From Eledone cirrhosa (taxonomy: Eukaryota): a stretch of 64,000 nucleotides of DNA. The position numbers and the translations under genes are program-made. Under the pieces are notes generated by a model that saw only the letters and a program-made list of their open reading frames with translations, ran no database searches and had not been told where the DNA came from. The stretch lies in assembly GCA_964016885.1 (NCBI GenBank), contig OZ024752.1:36394001-36458000 (forward strand), in the 5' to 3' direction. Numbering within the stretch: the stretch's first letter is position 1; every line of letters starts with the position of its first letter. Below, in pieces: positions 1 to 12,200 of the stretch.

Positions 1-575
1 GAGGGATTCCTCCAACAGGAGGGAGAAGGCTCTGGATTGGATTGGATGGAGGTCAACCTGGGAGGGGTTCCTCCAACAGGAAGGAGAAGGCTCTGGATTG
101 GATGGAGGTCAACCTGGGAGGGATTCCTCCAACAGGAGGGAGAAGGCTCTGGATTGGATTGGATGGAGGTCAACCCGGGAGGGATTCCTCCAACAGGAAG
201 GAGAAGGCTCTGGATTGGATTGGATGGAGGTCAACCTGGGAGGGATTCCTCCAACAGGAGGGAGAAGGCCCTGGATTGGATTGGATGGAGGTCAACCCAG
301 GAGGGATTCCTCCAACAGGAGGGAGAAGGCTCTGGATTGGATTGGATGGAGGTCAACCTGGGAGGGATTCCTCCAACAGGAGGGAGAAGACTCTGGATTG
401 GATGATGGTCAACCTGGGAGAGGTTCCTCCAAAAGGAGGGAGAAGACTCTGGATTGGATGGAGGTCAACCTGGGAGGGGTTCCTCCAACAGGAGGGAGAA
501 GGCTCTGGATTGGATTGGATGGAGGTCAACCCAGGAGGGGTTCCTCCAACAGGAGGGAGAAGGCTCTGTATTGGA
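1..575. repeat. G-rich minisatellite, 56-61 bp unit, ~10 copies, continues beyond window start
   Basis: Unit GAGGGATTCCTCCAACAGGAGGGAGAAGGCTCTGGATTGG(ATTGG)ATGGAGGTCAACCTGG seen directly; length varies by one GGATT pentamer. Confidence 0.95.
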
Positions 576-809
576 TTCAACTGTTTAATTGATAGAACAA
601 TTGACACCAACAACAGATGATCAATCAACAATTTGTTGACAATATCTAGTTTAATATTAAACAAGTTTGTTTATATTTATATAGCTTATTTCTGTTTCAT
701 TTTGTAGAAATTGAGTAAAAGTATCTTTGATTAAATGGTTCTGTTATATATTTATATAAAATTGAAGGAGGGCTTAGTCAACATAGCAAATAACCTGTTA
801 GCTGTGTAA

Positions 810-1745
810 TGATAAAAGCTGACCTTGTTCATTTAAACCTCTCAAAGGAGATGATACAGGATTAAGATCTCTGCTGTTATGCTGTACTGCAGAAGACCTG
901 CCTTCCCATGTGCACAGGATGAAACAAACATGTGGAGGACATTAGTCTGCCCCAATCTTCCTCCCCACCCTCACTCACTCTTCTCAATTCACCCAGCCAT
1001 AATACTCCCTCACTTATTCACCTGCTGCCATGACAAAAAAAAAAATCACTAAGTCCACCCTGTATGAGGATCTGGTGCTACAATAACAGAAGCACCCAGT
1101 CCACCTTGTAAGGTGGTTGTGCTAGTGACACAAGAGGCTCCCAGTTAATCCTGTATAGGGGCCATGTTAGTGACACAAATTAAAGCACCCAGTCCACCAT
1201 GTAAGGTGGTTGTGCTAGTGACACAAGAGGCTCCCAGTTAATCCTGTATAGTGGCCATGTTAGTGACACAAATTAAAGCACCCAGTCCACCTTGTAAGGT
1301 GGTTGTGCTAGTGACACAAGAGGCTCCCAGTTAATCCTGTGTAGTGGCCATGTTAGTGACACAAATTAAAGCACCCAGTCCACCTTGTAAGGTGGTTGTG
1401 CTAGTGACACAAGAGGCTCCCAGTTAATCCTGTATAGTGGCCATGTTAGTGACACAAATTAAAGCACCCAGACTACCCTGTAAGGTGGTTGTGTTGATGA
1501 CATGAGAAAAGAGAACCCAGTTCAGCCTGTTCGATAGATGTTTTGGTGCCGTGATAAAACGAACCCTCTCCACACTGTAACATGGTTGGCGTTAGGAAGG
1601 GCATCCAGCTGTATAAACCAATCCAAAATACAGATCTGTATGAGCAAAGCATGGTCAGATGACTAGATTGGTCTCATAACATGACAACCTGTCTAACCCA
1701 TGCAAGCTTGGACAAATGAATGTTAAACAGTGATGATGATGATAG
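810..1745 (+). mobile_element. Composite degenerate RTE 3' end + RTE-tailed SINE-like element with internal 93-bp expansion
   Basis: Colinear with 62700-63135 (GATAAAAGCTGACCTTG...GCTGTACTGCAGAAGACC...AGGAAGGGCATCC...AACCCATGCAAG...TGATGATG). Confidence 0.7.
1091..1500. repeat. 93-bp tandem repeat (dimer of ~46-bp SINE-body subunits), ~4.5 copies
   Basis: AGCACCCAGTCCACC recurs at 1091, 1184 and onward with period 93. Confidence 0.9.
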
Positions 1746-1790
1746 TTCTGGATACATACATTAAAAAAGATGATGATTACAGCTTGAATA

Positions 1791-2630
1791 CCTTTGATCA
1801 TAGGTCTACCCAACCAAGTCGACCTGGGGCTAAACAACCTTTGATCATTGGTCTACCCAACCAAGTTGACCTGGGGCTAAACAACCTTTGATCATTGGTC
1901 TACCCAACCAAGTTGACCTGGGGCTAAACAACCTTTGATCATTGGTCTACCCAACCAAGTTGACCTGGGGCTAAACAACCTTTGATCATTGGTCTACCCA
2001 ACCAAGTTGACCTGGGGCTAAACAACCTTTGATCATTGGTCTACCAATCAAGCCGACCTGGGGCTAAACAACCTTTGATCATAGGTCTACCCAACCAAGT
2101 TGACCTGGGGCTAAACAACCTTTGATCATTGGTCTACCAATCAAGCTGACCCAGGGCTAAACAACCTTTGATCATAGCTCTACTTAATGAAATTGAACTG
2201 GGGTTAAATAACCTTTGATCATAGCTTTGCTCAATCAAGCTGACATGGGGCTAAAAACTTTTTATCATTGGTCTACCAATCAAGCTGACCTGGGGCTAAA
2301 TAACTTTTGATCAGCGCTCTGCTCAATCAAGTTGACCTGGGGCTAAACAACCTTTGATCATTGGTCTACCAATCAAGCTGACCCAGGGCTAAACAACCTT
2401 TGATCATAGCTCTACTTAATGAAATTGAACTGGGGTTAAATAACCTTTGATCATAGCTTTGCTCAATCAAGCTGACATGGGGCTAAAAACTTTTTATCAT
2501 TGGTCTACCAATCAAGCTGACCTGGGGCTAAATAACTTTTGATCAGCGCTCTGCTCAATCAAGCTGACCCAGGGCTAAACAACCTTTGATCATAGGTCAA
2601 CCCAATCCAACTGACCTGGGGCTAAACAAG
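1791..2630. repeat. 47-bp minisatellite, ~18 copies, more diverged distally
   Basis: CCTTTGATCATTGGTCTACCCAACCAAGTTGACCTGGGGCTAAACAA at 1791, 1838 and onward. Confidence 0.93.
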
Positions 2631-3030
2631 ATTTATAGAAATATATTCATTCAACAAAGTCTAGTTTATTAATAGATGAACAAATAAATATATCTTTTTT
2701 ATTATTTTGGTATCAAAGTAAATTTCATTGTTCCTTTGAAAACATTAACACTGTTTTTCCCATGCTGCCAAAGGGTGGACAGGTTTATAATTCCTACTGT
2801 AACAGTATTACTGTTGTATTCTTTATCTGATCTAGCTGACTGGCTGCGGCCATGCTGGGGCTTTCCAAATAAAAGCTATCTGTTATATTGCCGGAGAAAG
2901 AAGCCATAGGTGACTCTCAATATTGCAAAGAGGAGTAAGCAAGACATGGTTATCTGGTCATGTCTAGCCTTGGACTGTCCCAGCCTGTCAAGCCCATGCC
3001 AACATGGAAAACAGACATGAAATAATAATT

Positions 3031-3204
3031 GTTTCTTCTCTTGGCACAAGGCCAGCAATTACCCAGTGCATTACTGGTACTTTATTTTATCAACCCTGTA
3101 AGGATGAAAGGCAAAGTTAACCTCGGCGGGATTTGAACTCAGAATGGCAAGGGCCGTAACTCTATGCATCAAAGCATGGCGTCCTACCCTCTACCGATAC
3201 TGCC
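3031..3204 (-). mobile_element. tRNA-derived SINE (GCCTTTCATCC...GATAAAATAAAGTACCAG core)
   Basis: Reverse complement reads GGCAGTATCGGTAGAG...GAGTTCAAATCCCGCCGAGGTTAACTTTGCCTTTCATCC...AAGTACCAG; related copies at ~31585-31810, ~37110-37215, ~42590-42755. Confidence 0.8.
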
Positions 3205-6200
3205 AATAATGATTGTTCAAGTTTATTCTTGGACTATCCTAGCATGTCAAGCCCATGCCAGCATGGAAAACTGACATGAAATAATAATGATTGTTTAAGT
3301 CTATTCTTGGACTATCGTAGCCTGTCAAGCCCATGCCAGCATGGAAAACTGACATGAAATAATAATGATTGTTTAAGTCTATTCTTGGACTATCCTAGCA
3401 TGTCAAGCCCATGCCAGCATGGAAAACTGACATGAAATAATAATGATTGTTTAAGTCTATTCTTGGACTATCCTAGCATGTCAAGCCCATGCCAGCATGG
3501 AAAACTGACATGAAATAATAATGATTGTTCAAGTCTATTCTTGGACTATCGTAGCCTGTCAAGCCCATGCCAGCATGGAAAACTGACATGAAATAATAAT
3601 GATTGTTCAAGTCTATTCTTGGACTATCGTAGCCTGTCAAGCCCATGCCAGCATGGAAAACTGACATGAAATAATAATGATTGTTCAAGTCTATTCTTGG
3701 ACTATCCTAGCCTGTCAAGCCCATGCCAGCATGGAAAACTGACATGAAATAATAATGATTGTTCAAGTCTATTCTTGGACTATCCTAGAATGTCAAGCCC
3801 ATGCCAGCATGGAAAACTGACATGAAATAATAATGATTGTTTAAGTCTATTCTTGGACTATCCTAGCATGTCAAGCCCATGCCAGCATGGAAAACTGACA
3901 TGAAATAATAATGATTGTTCAAGTCTATTCTTGGACTATCCTAGCCTGTCAAGCCCATGCCAGCATGGAAAACTGACATGAAATAATAATGATTGTTCAA
4001 GTCTATTCTTGGACTATCCTAGCCTGTCAAGCCCATGCCAGCATGGAAAACTGACATGAAATAATAATGATTGTTTAAGTCTATTCTTGGACTATCCTAG
4101 CATGTCAAGCCCATGCCAGCATGGAAAACTGACATGAAATAATAATGATTGTTCAAGTCTATTCTTGGACTATCCTAGCCTGTCAAGCCCATGCCAGCAT
4201 GGAAAACTGACATGAAATAATAATGATTGTTCAAGTCTATTCTTGGACTATCCTAGCCTGTCAAGCCCATGCCAGCATGGAAAACTGACATGAAATAATA
4301 ATGATTGTTTAAGTCTATTCTTGGACTATCCTAGCATGTCAAGCCCATGCCAGCATGGAAAACTGACATGAAATAATAATGATTGTTCAAGTCTATTCTT
4401 GGACTATCCTAGCCTGTCAAGCCCATGCCAGCATGGAAAACTGACATGAAATAATAATGATTGTTTAAGTCTATTCTTGGACTATCCTAGCATGTCAAGC
4501 CCATGCCAGCATGGAAAACTGACATGAAATAATAATGATTGTTCAAGTCTATTCTTGGACTATCCTAGCCTGTCAAGCCCATGCCAGCATGGAAAACTGA
4601 CATGAAATAATAATGATTGTTCAAGTCTATTCTTGGACTATCCTAGCCTGTCAAGCCCATGCCAGCATGGAAAACTGACATGAAATAATAATGATTGTTT
4701 AAGTCTATTCTTGGACTATCCTAGCATGTCAAGCCCATGCCAGCATGGAAAACTGACATGAAATAATAATGATTGTTCAAGTCTATTCTTGGACTATCCT
4801 AGCCTGTCAAGCCCATGCCAGCATGGAAAACTGACATGAAATAATAATGATTGTTCAAGTCTATTCTTGGACTATCCTAGCCTGTCAAGCCCATGCCAGC
4901 ATGGAAAACTGACATGAAATAATAATGATTGTTTAAGTCTATTCTTGGACTATCCTAGCATGTCAAGCCCATGCCAGCATGGAAAACTGACATGAAATAA
5001 TAATGATTGTTCAAGTCTATTCTTGGACTATCCTAGCCTGTCAAGCCCATGCCAGCATGGAAAACTGACATGAGATAATAATGATTGTTTAAGTCTATTC
5101 TTGGACTATCGTAGCCTGTCAAGCCCATGCCAGCATGGAAAACTGACATGAGATAATAATGATTGTTTAAGTCTATTCTTGGACTATCCTAGCCTGTCAA
5201 GCCCATGCCAGCATGGAAAACTGACATGAGATAATAATGATTGTTTAAGTCTATTCTTGGACTATCCTAGCCTGTCAAGCCCATGCCAGCATGGAAAACT
5301 GACATGAAATAATAATGATTGTTCAAGTCTATTCTTGGACTATCGTAGCCTGTCAAGCCCATGCCAGCATGGAAAACTGACATGAGATAATAATGATTGT
5401 TTAAGTCTATTCTTGGACTATCGTAGCCTGTCAAGCCCATGCCAGCATGGAAAACTGACATGAAATAATAATGATTGTTCAAGTCTATTCTTGGACTATC
5501 CTAGCATGTCAAGCCCATGCCAGCATGGAAAACTGACATGAGATAATAATGATTGTTTAAGTCTATTCTTGGACTATCGTAGCCTGTCAAGCCCATGCCA
5601 GCATGGAAAACTGACATGAAATAATAATGATTGTTCAAGTCTATTCTTGGACTATCCTAGCATGTCAAGCCCATGCCAGCATGGAAAACTGACATGAAAT
5701 AATAATGATTGTTCAAGTCTATTCTTGGACTATCGTAGCCTGTCAAGCCCATGCCAGCATGGAAAACTGACATGAAATAATAATGATTGTTCAAGTCTAT
5801 TCTTGGACTATCCTAGCCTGTCAAGCCCATGCCAGCATGGAAAACTGACATGAGATAATAATGATTGTTTAAGTCTATTCTTGGACTATCGTAGCCTGTC
5901 AAGCCCATGCCAGCATGGAAAACTGACATGAAATAATAATGATTGTTCAAGTCTATTCTTGGACTATCCTAGCATGTCAAGCCCATGCCAGCATGGAAAA
6001 CTGACATGAAATAATAATGATTGTTCAAGTCTATTCTTGGACTATCCTAGCATGTCAAGCCCATGCCAGCATGGAAAACTGACATGAAATAATAATGATT
6101 GTTCAAGTCTATTCTTGGACTATCCTAGCCTGTCAAGCCCATGCCAGCATGGAAAACTGACATGAAATAATAATGATTGTTCAAGTCTATTCTTGGACTA

Positions 6201-9200
6201 TCCTAGCATGTCAAGCCCATGCCAGCATGGAAAACTGACATGAAATAATAATGATTGTTCAAGTCTATTCTTGGACTATCCTAGCATGTCAAGCCCATGC
6301 CAGCATGGAAAACTGACATGAAATAATAATGATTGTTTAAGTCTATTCTTGGACTATCCTAGCCTGTCAAGCCCATGCCAGCATGGAAAACTGACATGAG
6401 ATAATAATGATTGTTTAAGTCTATTCTTGGACTATCCTAGCCTGTCAAGCCCATGCCAGCATGGAAAACTGACATGAAATAATAATGATTGTTTAAGTCT
6501 ATTCTTGGACTATCCTAGCCTGTCAAGCCCATGCCAGCATGGAAAACTGACATGAAATAATAATGATTGTTCAAGTCTATTCTTGGACTATCCTAGCCTG
6601 TCAAGCCCATGCCAGCATGGAAAACTGACATGAAATAATAATGATTGTTCAAGTCTATTCTTGGACTATCCTAGCATGTCAAGCCCATGCCAGCATGGAA
6701 AACTGACATGAAATAATAATGATTGTTTAAGTCTATTCTTGGACTATCCTAGCATGTCAAGCCCATGCCAGCATGGAAAACTGACATGAAATAATAATGA
6801 TTGTTCAAGTCTATTCTTGGACTATCCTAGCCTGTCAAGCCCATGCCAGCATGGAAAACTGACATGAAATAATAATGATTGTTCAAGTCTATTCTTGGAC
6901 TATCCTAGCCTGTCAAGCCCATGCCAGCATGGAAAACTGACATGAAATAATAATGATTGTTTAAGTCTATTCTTGGACTATCCTAGCATGTCAAGCCCAT
7001 GCCAGCATGGAAAACTGACATGAAATAATAATGATTGTTCAAGTCTATTCTTGGACTATCCTAGCCTGTCAAGCCCATGCCAGCATGGAAAACTGACATG
7101 AAATAATAATGATTGTTCAAGTCTATTCTTGGACTATCCTAGCCTGTCAAGCCCATGCCAGCATGGAAAACTGACATGAAATAATAATGATTGTTTAAGT
7201 CTATTCTTGGACTATCCTAGCATGTCAAGCCCATGCCAGCATGGAAAACTGACATGAAATAATAATGATTGTTCAAGTCTATTCTTGGACTATCCTAGCC
7301 TGTCAAGCCCATGCCAGCATGGAAAACTGACATGAGATAATAATGATTGTTTAAGTCTATTCTTGGACTATCGTAGCCTGTCAAGCCCATGCCAGCATGG
7401 AAAACTGACATGAGATAATAATGATTGTTTAAGTCTATTCTTGGACTATCCTAGCCTGTCAAGCCCATGCCAGCATGGAAAACTGACATGAGATAATAAT
7501 GATTGTTTAAGTCTATTCTTGGACTATCCTAGCCTGTCAAGCCCATGCCAGCATGGAAAACTGACATGAAATAATAATGATTGTTCAAGTCTATTCTTGG
7601 ACTATCGTAGCCTGTCAAGCCCATGCCAGCATGGAAAACTGACATGAGATAATAATGATTGTTTAAGTCTATTCTTGGACTATCGTAGCCTGTCAAGCCC
7701 ATGCCAGCATGGAAAACTGACATGAAATAATAATGATTGTTCAAGTCTATTCTTGGACTATCCTAGCATGTCAAGCCCATGCCAGCATGGAAAACTGACA
7801 TGAGATAATAATGATTGTTTAAGTCTATTCTTGGACTATCGTAGCCTGTCAAGCCCATGCCAGCATGGAAAACTGACATGAAATAATAATGATTGTTCAA
7901 GTCTATTCTTGGACTATCCTAGCATGTCAAGCCCATGCCAGCATGGAAAACTGACATGAAATAATAATGATTGTTCAAGTCTATTCTTGGACTATCGTAG
8001 CCTGTCAAGCCCATGCCAGCATGGAAAACTGACATGAAATAATAATGATTGTTCAAGTCTATTCTTGGACTATCCTAGCCTGTCAAGCCCATGCCAGCAT
8101 GGAAAACTGACATGAGATAATAATGATTGTTTAAGTCTATTCTTGGACTATCGTAGCCTGTCAAGCCCATGCCAGCATGGAAAACTGACATGAAATAATA
8201 ATGATTGTTCAAGTCTATTCTTGGACTATCCTAGCATGTCAAGCCCATGCCAGCATGGAAAACTGACATGAAATAATAATGATTGTTCAAGTCTATTCTT
8301 GGACTATCCTAGCATGTCAAGCCCATGCCAGCATGGAAAACTGACATGAAATAATAATGATTGTTCAAGTCTATTCTTGGACTATCCTAGCCTGTCAAGC
8401 CCATGCCAGCATGGAAAACTGACATGAAATAATAATGATTGTTCAAGTCTATTCTTGGACTATCCTAGCATGTCAAGCCCATGCCAGCATGGAAAACTGA
8501 CATGAAATAATAATGATTGTTCAAGTCTATTCTTGGACTATCCTAGCATGTCAAGCCCATGCCAGCATGGAAAACTGACATGAAATAATAATGATTGTTT
8601 AAGTCTATTCTTGGACTATCCTAGCCTGTCAAGCCCATGCCAGCATGGAAAACTGACATGAGATAATAATGATTGTTTAAGTCTATTCTTGGACTATCCT
8701 AGCCTGTCAAGCCCATGCCAGCATGGAAAACTGACATGAAATAATAATGATTGTTTAAGTCTATTCTTGGACTATCCTAGCCTGTCAAGCCCATGCCAGC
8801 ATGGAAAACTGACATGAAATAATAATGATTGTTCAAGTCTATTCTTGGACTATCCTAGCCTGTCAAGCCCATGCCAGCATGGAAAACTGACATGAAATAA
8901 TAATGATTGTTCAAGTCTATTCTTGGACTATCCTAGCATGTCAAGCCCATGCCAGCATGGAAAACTGACATGAAATAATAATGATTGTTTAAGTCTATTC
9001 TTGGACTATCCTAGCATGTCAAGCCCATGCCAGCATGGAAAACTGACATGAAATAATAATGATTGTTCAAGTCTATTCTTGGACTATCCTAGCATGTCAA
9101 GCCCATGCCAGCATGGAAAACTGACATGAAATAATAATGATTGTTCAAGTCTATTCTTGGACTATCCTAGCATGTCAAGCCCATGCCAGCATGGAAAACT

Positions 9201-12200
9201 GACATGAAATAATAATGATTGTTTAAGTCTATTCTTGGACTATCCTAGCATGTCAAGCCCATGCCAGCATGGAAAACTGACATGAAATAATAATGATTGT
9301 TCAAGTCTATTCTTGGACTATCCTAGCATGTCAAGCCCATGCCAGCATGGAAAACTGACATGAGATAATAATGATTGTTCAAGTCTATTCTTGGACTATC
9401 CTAGCATGTCAAGCCCATGCCAGCATGGAAAACTGACATGAAATAATAATGATTGTTCAAGTCTATTCTTGGACTATCCTAGCCTGTCAAGCCCATGCCA
9501 GCATGGAAAACTGACATGAAATAATAATGATTGTTCAAGTCTATTCTTGGACTATCCTAGCATGTCAAGCCCATGCCAGCATGGAAAACTGACATGAAAT
9601 AATAATGATTGTTTAAGTCTATTCTTGGACTATCCTAGCATGTCAAGCCCATGCCAGCATGGAAAACTGACATGAAATAATAATGATTGTTTAAGTCTAT
9701 TCTTGGACTATCGTAGCCTGTCAAGCCCATGCCAGCATGGAAAACTGACATGAAATAATAATGATTGTTTAAGTCTATTCTTGGACTATCCTAGCCTGTC
9801 AAGCCCATGCCAGCATGGAAAACTGACATGAAATAATAATGATTGTTCAAGTCTATTCTTGGACTATCCTAGCCTGTCAAGCCCATGCCAGCATGGAAAA
9901 CTGACATGAAATAATAATGATTGTTCAAGTCTATTCTTGGACTATCCTAGCATGTCAAGCCCATGCCAGCATGGAAAACTGACATGAAATAATAATGATT
10001 GTTCAAGTCTATTCTTGGACTATCCTAGCATGTCAAGCCCATGCCAGCATGGAAAACTGACATGAAATAATAATGATTGTTCAAGTCTATTCTTGGACTA
10101 TCCTAGCATGTCAAGCCCATGCCAGCATGGAAAACTGACATGAAATAATAATGATTGTTCAAGTCTATTCTTGGACTATCCTAGCCTGTCAAGCCCATGC
10201 CAGCATGGAAAACTGACATGAGATAATAATGATTGTTTAAGTCTATTCTTGGACTATCCTAGCCTGTCAAGCCCATGCCAGCATGGAAAACTGACATGAA
10301 ATAATAATGATTGTTCAAGTCTATTCTTGGACTATCCTAGCCTGTCAAGCCCATGCCAGCATGGAAAACTGACATGAGATAATAATGATTGTTTAAGTCT
10401 ATTCTTGGACTATCCTAGCCTGTCAAGCCCATGCCAGCATGGAAAACTGACATGAAATAATAATGATTGTTCAAGTCTATTCTTGGACTATCGTAGCCTG
10501 TCAAGCCCATGCCAGCATGGAAAACTGACATGAGATAATAATGATTGTTCAAGTCTATTCTTGGACTATCGTAGCCTGTCAAGCCCATGCCAGCATGGAA
10601 AACTGACATGAGATAATAATGATTGTTCAAGTCTATTCTTGGACTATCCTAGCCTGTCAAGCCCATGCCAGCATGGAAAACTGACATGAGATAATAATGA
10701 TTGTTCAAGTCTATTCTTGGACTATCCTAGCCTGTCAAGCCCATGCCAGCATGGAAAACTGACATGAGATAATAATGATTGTTCAAGTCTATTCTTGGAC
10801 TATCCTAGCCTGTCAAGCCCATGCCAGCATGGAAAACTGACATGAGATAATAATGATTGTTTAAGTCTATTCTTGGACTATCCTAGCCTGTCAAGCCCAT
10901 GCCAGCATGGAAAACTGACATGAAATAATAATGATTGTTCAAGTCTATTCTTGGACTATCCTAGCATGTCAAGCCCATGCCAGCATGGAAAACTGACATG
11001 AGATAATAATGATTGTTTAAGTCTATTCTTGGACTATCGTAGCCTGTCAAGCCCATGCCAGCATGGAAAACTGACATGAGATAATAATGATTGTTCAAGT
11101 CTATTCTTGGACTATCCTAGCTTGTCAAGCCCATGCCAGCATGGAAAACTGACATGAAATAATAATGATTGTTCAAGTCTATTCTTGGACTATCCTAGCC
11201 TGTCAAGCCCATGCCAGCATGGAAAACTGACATGAAATAATAATGATTGTTCAAGTCTATTCTTGGACTATCCTAGCCTGTCAAGCCCATGCCAGCATGG
11301 AAAACTGACATGAAATAATAATGATTGTTCAAGTCTATTCTTGGACTATCCTAGCCTGTCAAGCCCATGCCAGCATGGAAAACTGACATGAAATAATAAT
11401 GATTGTTCAAGTCTATTCTTGGACTATCCTAGCATGTCAAGCCCATGCCAGCATGGAAAACTGACATGAGATAATAATGATTGTTTAAGTCTATTCTTGG
11501 ACTATCGTAGCCTGTCAAGCCCATGCCAGCATGGAAAACTGACATGAGATAATAATGATTGTTCAAGTCTATTCTTGGACTATCCTAGCTTGTCAAGCCC
11601 ATGCCAGCATGGAAAACTGACATGAAATAATAATGATTGTTCAAGTCTATTCTTGGACTATCCTAGCCTGTCAAGCCCATGCCAGCATGGAAAACTGACA
11701 TGAAATAATAATGATTGTTCAAGTCTATTCTTGGACTATCGTAGCCTGTCAAGCCCATGCCAGCATGGAAAACTGACATGAAATAATAATGATTGTTCAA
11801 GTCTATTCTTGGACTATCCTAGCCTGTCAAGCCCATGCCAGCATGGAAAACTGACATGAAATAATAATGATTGTTCAAGTCTATTCTTGGACTATCGTAG
11901 CCTGTCAAGCCCATGCCAGCATGGAAAACTGACATGAAATAATAATGATTGTTCAAGTCTATTCTTGGACTATCGTAGCCTGTCAAGCCCATGCCAGCAT
12001 GGAAAACTGACATGAAATAATAATGATTGTTCAAGTCTATTCTTGGACTATCCTAGCCTGTCAAGCCCATGCCAGCATGGAAAACTGACATGAGATAATA
12101 ATGATTGTTCAAGTCTATTCTTGGACTATCCTAGCCTGTCAAGCCCATGCCAGCATGGAAAACTGACATGAGATAATAATGATTGTTCAAGTCTATTCTT

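Noticed and set aside
37-664. 103-192 aa ORFs at the window start
   Set aside because: Translations of the G-rich minisatellite; the same peptides occur in all three frames.
700-730. Possible micro-exon after TTTTGTAG at ~708
   Set aside because: No FAM117-like peptide and only weak donors; cannot be supported without transcripts.
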